This document shows, piece after piece, positions 56,434-64,000 of a stretch of DNA of 64,000 nt (the first letter of the stretch is position 1; every line of letters begins with the position of its first letter). The notes below the pieces were generated by a model that worked only from the letters and a program-made list of their open reading frames with translations, did not search any database and was not told the origin of the DNA. Where the stretch lies: positions 32,001 through 96,000 of IMG/VR virus record IMGVR_UViG_3300002895_000002; one strand, given 5' to 3'. The translations under genes and the position numbers were made by a program. The stretch is from a virus (taxonomy: Duplodnaviria > Caudoviricetes).

Positions 56434-56439
56434 TAAATA
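56432..56439 (+). promoter_or_regulatory. late promoter
   Basis: GATAAATA. Confidence 0.55.
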
Positions 56440-56463
56440 ATCACAACAACATCATAGGAGCAG

Positions 56464-56682
56464 ATGATGACCAAGAGAGAAATAGCTACACTTTTCATTC
56501 CTGAAGCAGTCGACCCTGAGTATGTGATCGATGCTTCCCTCCGGTTCTACGAAGTACCGGGAGAAACCGTGCAGTCCGCCGGAGAGCATGCGGTGACTGA
56601 CATTTTCGCTACCCCTATCGACGGCGGCATTGCCGTTATGACTGCTGGTGAGTACTTCGCCGGTACGGAGGTTACTGCATAA
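56464..56682 (+). CDS. small hypothetical protein
   Basis: SD AGGAG. Confidence 0.65.
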   Translation: MMTKREIATLFIPEAVDPEYVIDASLRFYEVPGETVQSAGEHAVTDIFATPIDGGIAVMTAGEYFAGTEVTA

Positions 56683-57629
56683 TGGCTGTAAACAATATTG
56701 TTATCGGACCTAACTCCCATCGCATCCAGTACGGCCCGGCGACAGCTCTCGCAGATCTACGGGCAGCTGTTGAAGCGGCTATTCTTGCTTCTCACGGCTG
56801 GGAAGTACACGACGCTGCTGCTGGTACAAATGCGGTCTGCTATCGTGCACTGAATGCCGATGGTATCACCTACAAGTATGTTGTCCTTGACTTCAACACT
56901 GCTGGGTATATGTTGTTGAAAGCCTTCGAGTCTTGGAACAGTACAACCCACGTCGGAACCAACCAATGTTATCTCATGGAGTCAACAAACTACAATCAGC
57001 GCGTTGATCTTACCAACGGTGGCAACATATACATCTTCGTCAGTCCGAGATGGTTGGCTGCGGTGTCATATAACAACGGCGTGATCGGATCATCCAGCGG
57101 ACAATCGTTCACTGGCTGCTTCGAGAGGACTCGGGTTGAAGATGAACTTGCTTCCGGGTCAACTGATCTGCCGCCGTTCATTGGTGCTATCCCGGGGTGG
57201 ATAAACGGTATATTGAACTTGCCTGGATTCAGTGCACCAAGAATCAAATCAAGCAACTTTGTTGGCATCAATGCTTTCTGCAGATTGAGTGATGGTATTC
57301 GTACCCTCGCCAACTGTTCATCCAACCCGTATCTGCCATATCCGAACCAACCGAGTCCTTGGACTGGGAAATACGTTGTTCGTGACATTGTTGTTGCATA
57401 TAACAATGCTCAGGCAGGCTCGAGTTCTGGCGTGGGTAACGACGAGCCTCTTGGTAAACTTTATGGTCTGAAAGTAACCGCTAGAAGTGTTGGTACCATT
57501 CTCGATGAAATGACCATCAACCTGGACGCCAACTACTTCTGCGACCCGGCCGGATCGCCTGCAGGATGTTGGTTGCTTACAGAAGCAGCCAATGCAAACG
57601 CGGGTTACCGATACGTCATTCCGAAATAA
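56682..57629 (+). CDS. virion protein
   Basis: TAATG coupling; 315 aa. Confidence 0.7.
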   Translation: MAVNNIVIGPNSHRIQYGPATALADLRAAVEAAILASHGWEVHDAAAGTNAVCYRALNADGITYKYVVLDFNTAGYMLLKAFESWNSTTHVGTNQCYLMESTNYNQRVDLTNGGNIYIFVSPRWLAAVSYNNGVIGSSSGQSFTGCFERTRVEDELASGSTDLPPFIGAIPGWINGILNLPGFSAPRIKSSNFVGINAFCRLSDGIRTLANCSSNPYLPYPNQPSPWTGKYVVRDIVVAYNNAQAGSSSGVGNDEPLGKLYGLKVTARSVGTILDEMTINLDANYFCDPAGSPAGCWLLTEAANANAGYRYVIPK

Positions 57630-57639
57630 GGATCTCATC

Positions 57640-57855
57640 ATGGCAATCATTGATGCTATTGTTGGTGGAGTGGCAACGAACAGGGATGCTTCATACATCG
57701 ACAGACAACCCGGTCTTATGGGGTTATATCCAGAAGTTGTGAGCATCTTTACAGTCAAGAAGTCAGATATGACTTCTCTTGGTATTGCTGCTGGTGTTTC
57801 CACGATCAACGGGCAAGCCCAGGCTGCTCCAGTTCCATTCCAGGTTTGGGGATAA
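57640..57855 (+). CDS. small hypothetical protein
   Basis: SD AAGGA. Confidence 0.6.
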   Translation: MAIIDAIVGGVATNRDASYIDRQPGLMGLYPEVVSIFTVKKSDMTSLGIAAGVSTINGQAQAAPVPFQVWG

Positions 57856-57895
57856 AACAAGGGGGAGGGGAACCTCCCCCACCAAAGGACATCAC

Positions 57896-58258
57896 ATGAA
57901 GTCATTCAAGTCATTCATTGCTGAAGGAAAGATCCCTTCTGAGGTTGCTGCCAGGAACGAGCAGATCGACATTGAGGCCGTTGTGCGCGATGCCGTCAAG
58001 GAGTTTCATGGTATGGATGATGCAGCCATCAAGGCCATCACTGACTATATGCGTCCGAAGAAAGTGTTCAGCCTTGGCAAGATGATCGACGATCTTCCTT
58101 ACGGTGCAGGTGCAATGAAGGCTGCCATCGAAGCGGTCAAGAAGGCTGCTTCCACTGCCGGGTTCGGTAAGACGGGTGGTGGGTCTAAACCTCAGACCCA
58201 GGCTCAGAGAATAGACACGTACCTGAAGCAGAAGCACATCGGACCAATCAAGAGATAA
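57896..58258 (+). CDS. putative internal head protein
   Basis: MKSFKSFIAE closely matches the T4 IP targeting sequence MKTYQEFIAE. Confidence 0.7.
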   Translation: MKSFKSFIAEGKIPSEVAARNEQIDIEAVVRDAVKEFHGMDDAAIKAITDYMRPKKVFSLGKMIDDLPYGAGAMKAAIEAVKKAASTAGFGKTGGGSKPQTQAQRIDTYLKQKHIGPIKR

Positions 58259-58267
58259 GGAATAAAC

Positions 58268-58555
58268 ATGCGGTTCTATGGTGATGTAGATACACAAGGC
58301 ACAGGTAAGGTACCCTGGGAAGATGTAGCCAAGACAGGTGCAACTCCAGCTGATATCGGAGCAGCATCTTCGACTGACCTACAGAACCACATCAACGACG
58401 GCCAAGCTCATTCCGGCTCCGCCTCTGTAGCTACACTGTCTGATGCTGTTATTACTACACCGGCTGACGGGGAAGTGTTGACATATGAAGCATCTACCCA
58501 AAAGTGGAAAACGTTGCACCTACTGGTGGACCCGGTGGCGGTGCATCGGAGATAA
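58268..58555 (+). CDS. short tail-associated protein
   Basis: MRFYGDVD N-terminus; LSDAVITTPADGEVLTY...KWK. Confidence 0.55.
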   Translation: MRFYGDVDTQGTGKVPWEDVAKTGATPADIGAASSTDLQNHINDGQAHSGSASVATLSDAVITTPADGEVLTYEASTQKWKTLHLLVDPVAVHRR

Positions 58556-58602
58556 ACGGTATGAATGTTATGATGGAGTGGTAAATCAAAAAAATCCATC
58601 TT

Positions 58603-58610
58603 TATAAATA
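58603..58610 (+). promoter_or_regulatory. late promoter
   Basis: TATAAATA. Confidence 0.7.
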
Positions 58611-58665
58611 AACGTAGAATTGTTCAAGACGCTCTCGGAAGCGATAAAACAAGGAGACATTACAC

Positions 58666-59247
58666 ATGAAGAAATTTACTGACATGATCCGGGAAGCTGC
58701 TGAGACCAAAGCGGGATCCCAGGCACTGACCGACTTTGTTGGTCTGCTCAACGATTTCATCGAGCAGGACGTTGAAGAAGGCTGCTGTGAGTCTGCTGAA
58801 GATCATCCCCTCAACGCTCTCATCTATATTGCCAACACCCTGCCGGAAGACTGCCTCGGAAACATCACCCACGGTCTGATGGACTTCTACGGATATGACA
58901 CCGACGAGACTGCTGGTGAGGACGACGAAGATGACGTGATTGAAGAGTCCATCGATCCGGAAGAGTTTTATCTCATCACGGAAGGGTCCGTTGCTTCTGA
59001 TATGATCGCTCGTGCACGCCACGCTGTTGAGAAGAGCAAGGAAGCTCACGGCAAGAAGGGCATCCAGGCTCTCATCGCTCACGGCTACAGTGCAGAAGGT
59101 GCTCGTGCACTCCTGAAGCAGGCCAAGAAGAACCTCAAGAAGGGTCGCAAGAAGGCTCTCATGACGAGGAAGAAGCACCGCAAGATCATCGCAAAGCTCC
59201 GTGATAAAATAAGCAAGATCCGGTCTAAGATGGTCGGCAAAGACTAA
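58666..59247 (+). CDS. putative prohead core/internal protein
   Basis: MKKFTDMIRE; acidic middle with several (I/L)xE sites; very basic C-terminus. Confidence 0.6.
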   Translation: MKKFTDMIREAAETKAGSQALTDFVGLLNDFIEQDVEEGCCESAEDHPLNALIYIANTLPEDCLGNITHGLMDFYGYDTDETAGEDDEDDVIEESIDPEEFYLITEGSVASDMIARARHAVEKSKEAHGKKGIQALIAHGYSAEGARALLKQAKKNLKKGRKKALMTRKKHRKIIAKLRDKISKIRSKMVGKD

Positions 59248-59272
59248 CCGAAGGTCAAGACAACGGTTGACG

Positions 59273-59301
59273 AAGGGGAGCAAGAGATTGCTCCCCTTTT
59301 T
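59273..59301 (+). terminator. rho-independent terminator
   Basis: AAGGGGAGCAA/TTGCTCCCCTT followed by TTT. Confidence 0.8.
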
Positions 59302-59330
59302 CTATGAAAAGAACATCAATCCAAATAAAT

Positions 59331-59359
59331 TTGACAGATAGTCAGATCTGTGTTATCCT
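59331..59359 (+). promoter_or_regulatory. sigma70-type promoter
   Basis: TTGACA-17-TATCCT with TG. Confidence 0.6.
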
Positions 59360-59433
59360 TGAATCAGAGGTTGGGGCTTGGTTCTATATCCATTCCTGAT
59401 CATTGTCTATCGTTTGAGAAAAAAGGAGAACGA

Positions 59434-60090
59434 ATGATTGCTATTTCGGCAAGTATCGAAAAAATTGAAGCAAACCCAGAATTTGATTTTCAGTGGTCTC
59501 TTTTCGAGTGCACTGAACATTACATCCAACGGCTCTGGGACAATAACATCCCTGACAACGTGGCAGTTATTCACCTCCCACCAAAGAGCACTGAGGCTCA
59601 GATCGAGAGGTTGATTGGATGGGCAGCAATCAATAATGATAGGCCGGTTGTTGTCCACCCAAACCATACGGTGATGCGGGTCCTCGGTAAACATGAGAGA
59701 CAGGGTCTCACTCACATCTGTCTAGAGAATTTTCCATACTCCAGCAAGAAACCACTCCGGACACCACTGAACATTATGGACTATGCTGTCAGGAACGGCT
59801 TCGGGATCTGTTACGATTATGCTCACGTGGATCCGGATAATGAGCCAGCCTTTCGCTCACTAGAATTCCTCAGATCATATCTCCCGTTCGTTAGAGTGAT
59901 TCATTTCTCAGGGAACCGACACGATAAGCTCACTGAAGATGACTGGAGGGTGTGGAAGAACCTCATTCTCAATTACCCTGGAAGCTTGAGTGGTGTTGAA
60001 TGGTTCTGTCTTGAGCATAAACATGAAGCAGACAAAACAAATGACGGGAACAGGTTGGCAAAGGTGTTTAGTGAATTGTCTAAACAATAA
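59434..60090 (+). CDS. xylose-isomerase-like/AP-endonuclease-2 TIM-barrel protein
   Basis: metal-ligand motifs VIHLP, ICLENF, ICYDYAH, VIHFS, FCLEH. Confidence 0.65.
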   Translation: MIAISASIEKIEANPEFDFQWSLFECTEHYIQRLWDNNIPDNVAVIHLPPKSTEAQIERLIGWAAINNDRPVVVHPNHTVMRVLGKHERQGLTHICLENFPYSSKKPLRTPLNIMDYAVRNGFGICYDYAHVDPDNEPAFRSLEFLRSYLPFVRVIHFSGNRHDKLTEDDWRVWKNLILNYPGSLSGVEWFCLEHKHEADKTNDGNRLAKVFSELSKQ

Positions 60091-60093
60091 ATA
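60086..60093 (+). promoter_or_regulatory. late promoter
   Basis: AATAAATA just before ATG 60099. Confidence 0.5.
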
Positions 60094-60098
60094 ATGAC

Positions 60099-61019
60099 AT
60101 GGTAAAGTCATTCAAAAAATATCTTGCGGAAGAAGAATCGGTATCTGCTACTAAAAGGCAGAATATGCAACATCTCACCCAAATGAAGCCCCGGGAATTT
60201 ATAGATCTCATGCGGCAGTTTCGGGATGAGCTCAACGGGATTATTTCTTCAGAGAAGGTTGATGTCTCAGAGAAGGTTGATGGCTTCGGTATCCGTTTTG
60301 GGGTTGATGATGGTGGTAAGTTCTTCATTGAATCATCCCGGTCCGGACCACAGTTCCACCACGGAGCATTCTCAGCCTACGCAAAAGCAAAGTTTGGCGT
60401 CGCTGATAACATCTCAGCAGGGTATGATGATATTTTCAAGAAGCTTGGAGAGTATAAGCAACTTCAGGATCTTTTGAAGAAGAATGGCCCAGTCAAGGTC
60501 ATTGGTGAGTGTCTTTACAATCCGAACGCTACTCTGACGGATCATGGGCTGAAATTCATTGCCACAACATACAACCCGAAGCTGCTCGGGAAGTGGGCGA
60601 CCTTCGTTCTCTTCCATACTGATCCGGATAAGGATCACCTCATAGATCAGATCAAGGCATTATCCACTCATGAGATCAAGTTCGCAACACCAGAAGTTGA
60701 TTATAATGATGTGGATATTACCTATCACATCAAAGACTTCTTCCAATTCGTTGATCAATATCCTAATATCAAAGAGATTCTCGCTTCCAGAAAAGCAGCG
60801 GATCGAGACCTCAAGAAAATGATCATTGACACATTCCAACGCTTCCAGAAGGATGTGACTGACAAGATAGCTTCGGGGATTGAGAAAGGGCAGTTTGGTC
60901 CGGAGGTTGAGGGAGCTGTCTTTGGGGTCAATGATACCAAGTTCAAGGTAACCACTCAGAGCTTCAAGAAGAACAAAGAACTGTTCAACACAGAATTCAA
61001 GGCCAAGAAGGGATTATAG
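60099..61019 (+). CDS. RNA-ligase-like (KxDG) nucleotidyltransferase with capsid-targeting-like N-terminus
   Basis: SEKVDG motif I, VIGECLY, VEGAVF, KFK; starts MVKSFKKYLAEEE. Confidence 0.65.
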   Translation: MVKSFKKYLAEEESVSATKRQNMQHLTQMKPREFIDLMRQFRDELNGIISSEKVDVSEKVDGFGIRFGVDDGGKFFIESSRSGPQFHHGAFSAYAKAKFGVADNISAGYDDIFKKLGEYKQLQDLLKKNGPVKVIGECLYNPNATLTDHGLKFIATTYNPKLLGKWATFVLFHTDPDKDHLIDQIKALSTHEIKFATPEVDYNDVDITYHIKDFFQFVDQYPNIKEILASRKAADRDLKKMIIDTFQRFQKDVTDKIASGIEKGQFGPEVEGAVFGVNDTKFKVTTQSFKKNKELFNTEFKAKKGL

Positions 61020-62147
61020 ATGGGCGGTAATGCTTCGGTATTCAAGGATGGTCAACTCGTTGCTCAGGCTGAGAAGATAGACCTCAGCAAAGTAAGCAGA
61101 GGGTCCATAATTCCTGAGGTCAAAAAGACCCTTCATGCTATCGACTCTGCTTTCGCAAAGGAGTATGGTGTCCATCTCTGGCCCAATCATTCCATCATTG
61201 ACAACGGGTCGATCTTTGCTGGGTCGTCACAGTTCTTCATGGACCAGAGTATTAGTCACGATGAGTTTACACAACACAAACCGACCGTGGGTGACATTGA
61301 TGTCCAGATACCTCATGCGTACAAAGATCACCTGGACAAAATTCTCAAGCCAGGAAAACATTTTGGGTTGATGAAATATCACGGTCGGGCTGATACTTCT
61401 CTGTCTCAGCTCAACTGCGTGTTTGAACTCAAAGCTGGAATACACACCATCAACATCCAGATCGACTTCGAACCCGTTGATTGGCACGAGGAAGGCCCGA
61501 CTGGTTGGTCGCAGTTTGCTCATTCAGCAGATTGGGACGACATCAAGAGCGGTGTCAAGGGAGTCTTTCACAAATATCTGGTTGGTGCGGTTGACTTTGC
61601 TTACCAAAAACCAATCACTGTCCTTACAAGAAAAACCCTGAAGCCGAAGAAGGTTGATGCCCACGATTATGCCTTCAGTGTAGAGAAGGGCCTCCGTCAA
61701 AAATATGTCCTGGCCAAAGATGAGCACAGCAAGCCGATCATGGTTGATGGTGTCCAGGCCTTCTTCGAGATAGACCCCAAAGAGGCTGACTATATCACCG
61801 ACGTGGCTAGCATCTTCGTGGTTCTCTTTCGTATCGTTCCTGATCACGATGATCTGAAAAAGTTTGCGAGCTTCACTGGTGTTGTTGACCTGATTGATCG
61901 GGAGTTCAGTGGTTCCCAGCAGGCTTTGATCGTTGACGAGTTCCTGAAGCGGTGCTGGGGCAAGGGGGCTCAAGCTTTAGAAAGGGACGCACCAGAAATA
62001 GACGCTAAAGCTAAATGGGCAGCCGTCAACTATTTGGCCGATAAGTTACAAATGCCAAGCATTATAAAGAAAGCAGAATTATTAGTCGGCGAGTATTATA
62101 AGTCATATAAGATGAGTAAAGACAGGAGGGAGTATGCTAAAAGTTGA
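61020..62147 (+). CDS. Pol-beta-like nucleotidyltransferase
   Basis: FAGSS, VGDIDVQI, IQIDFE. Confidence 0.6.
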   Translation: MGGNASVFKDGQLVAQAEKIDLSKVSRGSIIPEVKKTLHAIDSAFAKEYGVHLWPNHSIIDNGSIFAGSSQFFMDQSISHDEFTQHKPTVGDIDVQIPHAYKDHLDKILKPGKHFGLMKYHGRADTSLSQLNCVFELKAGIHTINIQIDFEPVDWHEEGPTGWSQFAHSADWDDIKSGVKGVFHKYLVGAVDFAYQKPITVLTRKTLKPKKVDAHDYAFSVEKGLRQKYVLAKDEHSKPIMVDGVQAFFEIDPKEADYITDVASIFVVLFRIVPDHDDLKKFASFTGVVDLIDREFSGSQQALIVDEFLKRCWGKGAQALERDAPEIDAKAKWAAVNYLADKLQMPSIIKKAELLVGEYYKSYKMSKDRREYAKS

Positions 62148-62673
62148 CGAAGTACCAACAACTCCAGGACATGATAAAGTGACAGTGCTTATCGGTCGCT
62201 TTCAGCCTGTCACTTTCGGCGGCCATGGGAAGATGTACAATGAGGCCAAGAAGCTCGGTCATCCAGTAGTCATCTTCGTCGTCCGTGGAGAGAAGTCTGA
62301 CCCCAAAAAGAGTCCGTTCCCACTGGATCTAACGATAGAGATGGTGAGGAGTACATTTCCGGAGGCGACTGTATTACATGTTGGTTCCGCCTTTATAGGA
62401 GATTTCGTAAAGATTCTGCGGGATCAAAACATGGAACCAACCACTATCTTTTGTGGAACGGATCGGGCTAAAAGCTACAGAAAACAGATTGAATCATACA
62501 GTGATGTATGGAATCTAAAACTGGATTTACATGAAGTTGAACGAAATTCAGAAGATGTAAGTGCTACCTCAGTTCGGGATGCAATCAAAAATAACGACCG
62601 GATTCTTTTCCAAAACATGACAGCACCTCAGTGTCATCACTATTTCGACAAGCTGTTGTCCTTTCTCAAATAA
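62134..62673 (+). CDS. cytidylyltransferase-like (HIGH-family) nucleotidyltransferase
   Basis: IGRFQPVTFGGHG, CGTDR, VSATSVR. Confidence 0.8.
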   Translation: MLKVDEVPTTPGHDKVTVLIGRFQPVTFGGHGKMYNEAKKLGHPVVIFVVRGEKSDPKKSPFPLDLTIEMVRSTFPEATVLHVGSAFIGDFVKILRDQNMEPTTIFCGTDRAKSYRKQIESYSDVWNLKLDLHEVERNSEDVSATSVRDAIKNNDRILFQNMTAPQCHHYFDKLLSFLK

Positions 62674-62684
62674 GGAGAGAACAA

Positions 62685-62834
62685 ATGAAAGAGCAGTGGA
62701 AGACTTTGGTTATTGAAATTGACTTCATGCCACCAAATGACGAAGCTGAGCAGAGTTTCGTTGATTATGCTATTAAGGCGATGAGTCCGCAACAAATAGC
62801 AGATTTCCGATACAAAGTCATTGAAAAGAAGTAA
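62685..62834 (+). CDS. small hypothetical protein
   Basis: SD AAGGAG. Confidence 0.5.
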   Translation: MKEQWKTLVIEIDFMPPNDEAEQSFVDYAIKAMSPQQIADFRYKVIEKK

Positions 62835-62845
62835 TAATCACCTGT

Positions 62846-62853
62846 GATAAATA
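62846..62853 (+). promoter_or_regulatory. late promoter
   Basis: GATAAATA. Confidence 0.6.
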
Positions 62854-62884
62854 GTTCCAGTTAAATTGAAGGGAGACTATTATC

Positions 62885-63115
62885 ATGGCACATTTTGATA
62901 AGATCATCAATGCTCTGGAGAGTGGCAGGACAGCAGAACAACAGGTTGGTGACAAGTCGAACGATCCGGCTGAGAAGAGGCGGTATTACGACGCGATGCA
63001 CGATTCTTCGATTGCTATCCATACTGGGTCAAAGAGAGAACACCAAGAAGCTCTCAAGAACCACAAGGACGCTCTGTCAAAAGCAACTACTCCGGAGATA
63101 ATCGAAAAAGCATAA
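62885..63115 (+). CDS. hypothetical protein
   Basis: SD GGGAG. Confidence 0.65.
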   Translation: MAHFDKIINALESGRTAEQQVGDKSNDPAEKRRYYDAMHDSSIAIHTGSKREHQEALKNHKDALSKATTPEIIEKA

Positions 63116-63157
63116 AGAGTACATCGAATATCACTCCAAAGAGATAGGAGTATAACA

Positions 63158-63409
63158 ATGGCTGACGACTTGATGGCAATATACAAGGAAATTCGGGAAA
63201 AGAATCCAACCGTGATAGAGGAAGCACTGGATCCAATGAAAATGGGGAAAGTTAAGCTCATCTCTTTTCTTCTCCCCATTGTCAAGGTGTCTGAGAAATT
63301 CCTCAAGAAAATGGCTGAAGAAGATCTCCGCATTATGGCTGCACTTTTCCTCAAGTTCGGGAAATCCAGACTGGATAAAGATCTCGAAGGCATTCACGTA
63401 GAAGAGTAA
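63158..63409 (+). CDS. hypothetical protein
   Basis: SD AGGAG. Confidence 0.65.
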   Translation: MADDLMAIYKEIREKNPTVIEEALDPMKMGKVKLISFLLPIVKVSEKFLKKMAEEDLRIMAALFLKFGKSRLDKDLEGIHVEE

Positions 63410-63418
63410 GGTACTATC

Positions 63419-64000
63419 ATGACAACTGGTTATAAAAAGAACGGAGTTGATATAGACACGCTGTTGGAACCTCGTACCACCGGTGACCCTCAAGCAGCTG
63501 CCACCGGTTACAAGGTCAACGACGTGGATATATCCACGATGTTCTATCCATTGGCTAGTGGTGGTACTGCACCATCAGTGATTGGAATGAAGGTCAATGG
63601 TGATGATCTAAACACCATCTTTGCTGCTATCGGCACTGTTAGTACTACCGGGTCTGGTATTTTTACCGCATATTGGTTTGATTCTGCTGGAAGCATGTTT
63701 GTGGATGGTGTTGCCATTCCGTATGACACACTCATGGATGTTGTTATTGATGACCCGGCTGACATAACAGCCGGAGCTGATGGTTCTGGGTCATTTGATG
63801 TTTATGATTTTTCAACCCAGGGTTTAGTTGGAACGGTGGCTTGGCCGAATGGAGGAACCGATACATTAGGATTAACTGTTCTCGATGGACATTATTATGG
63901 AAATGTGACAGTGACAGTAATAAATGAACTCGGTCCTGGAGAAATAATAAAAGCCTACCCAACCATACCAACAATCGCGGGTGAAAGTTATGCATCGGCA
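63419..64000 (+). CDS. partial virion/tail protein running off the window end
   Basis: MTTGYKKNGVDIDTLL... with three [TG]xKxNGxD[IL] repeats; no stop before 64000. Confidence 0.6.
   Translation, partial: MTTGYKKNGVDIDTLLEPRTTGDPQAAATGYKVNDVDISTMFYPLASGGTAPSVIGMKVNGDDLNTIFAAIGTVSTTGSGIFTAYWFDSAGSMFVDGVAIPYDTLMDVVIDDPADITAGADGSGSFDVYDFSTQGLVGTVAWPNGGTDTLGLTVLDGHYYGNVTVTVINELGPGEIIKAYPTIPTIAGESYASA

Noticed and set aside
1-64000. Genome-wide stop-codon reassignment (TGA or TAG)
   Set aside because: TGA and TAG terminate many conserved genes, often in ATGA/TGATG overlaps, and long genes are not fragmented under code 11.
1-64000. tRNA or rRNA genes
   Set aside because: No cloverleaf with a T-loop GTTCRA and acceptor stem was seen by eye; tRNAscan-SE or ARAGORN would be decisive.

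Overview
64-kb segment of a large T4-related lytic phage, with almost all real genes on the + strand. 1-38.8 kb is a replication and nucleotide-metabolism region driven by many sigma70-type promoters (TTGACA-N17-TATtaT, usually with an upstream TG). It holds an NAD-dependent ligase, a RuvC-like resolvase, topoisomerase II (gp39/gp60/gp52-like), HPRT, sliding clamp and clamp loader (gp45/44/62-like), dUTPase, dNMP kinase, a family-B polymerase split into two genes, a 7-deazaguanine DNA-modification cluster (QueD-like, QueE, FolE, DpdA/TGT-like, glycosyltransferase) and ThyX. 38.9-64 kb is a late region with (T/G/A)ATAAATA promoters, carrying tail/virion genes, putative capsid-targeted internal proteins and an operon of three different nucleotidyltransferase folds. 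Six homing-endonuclease genes (HEGs) interrupt the core genes. The standout is the topoisomerase locus, which appears to carry a T4 gene 60-type programmed ribosomal bypass: GGU take-off, UGA stop in a C(UUCG)G hairpin, a 45-nt gap, GAG 6 nt before a GGC landing codon, and an NVRRS nascent peptide. It sits in a T4-like split-gene cassette but with an unrelated nuclease. The second highlight is a covarying ~90-nt structured element bounded by two opposed late promoters, found in front of three unrelated HEGs and twice paired with an unannotated 59-aa zinc-finger gene. Limits: no searches or folding were run, and T4 sequences are quoted from memory. Several small accessory genes show single-base indels in homopolymers that may be sequencing errors.
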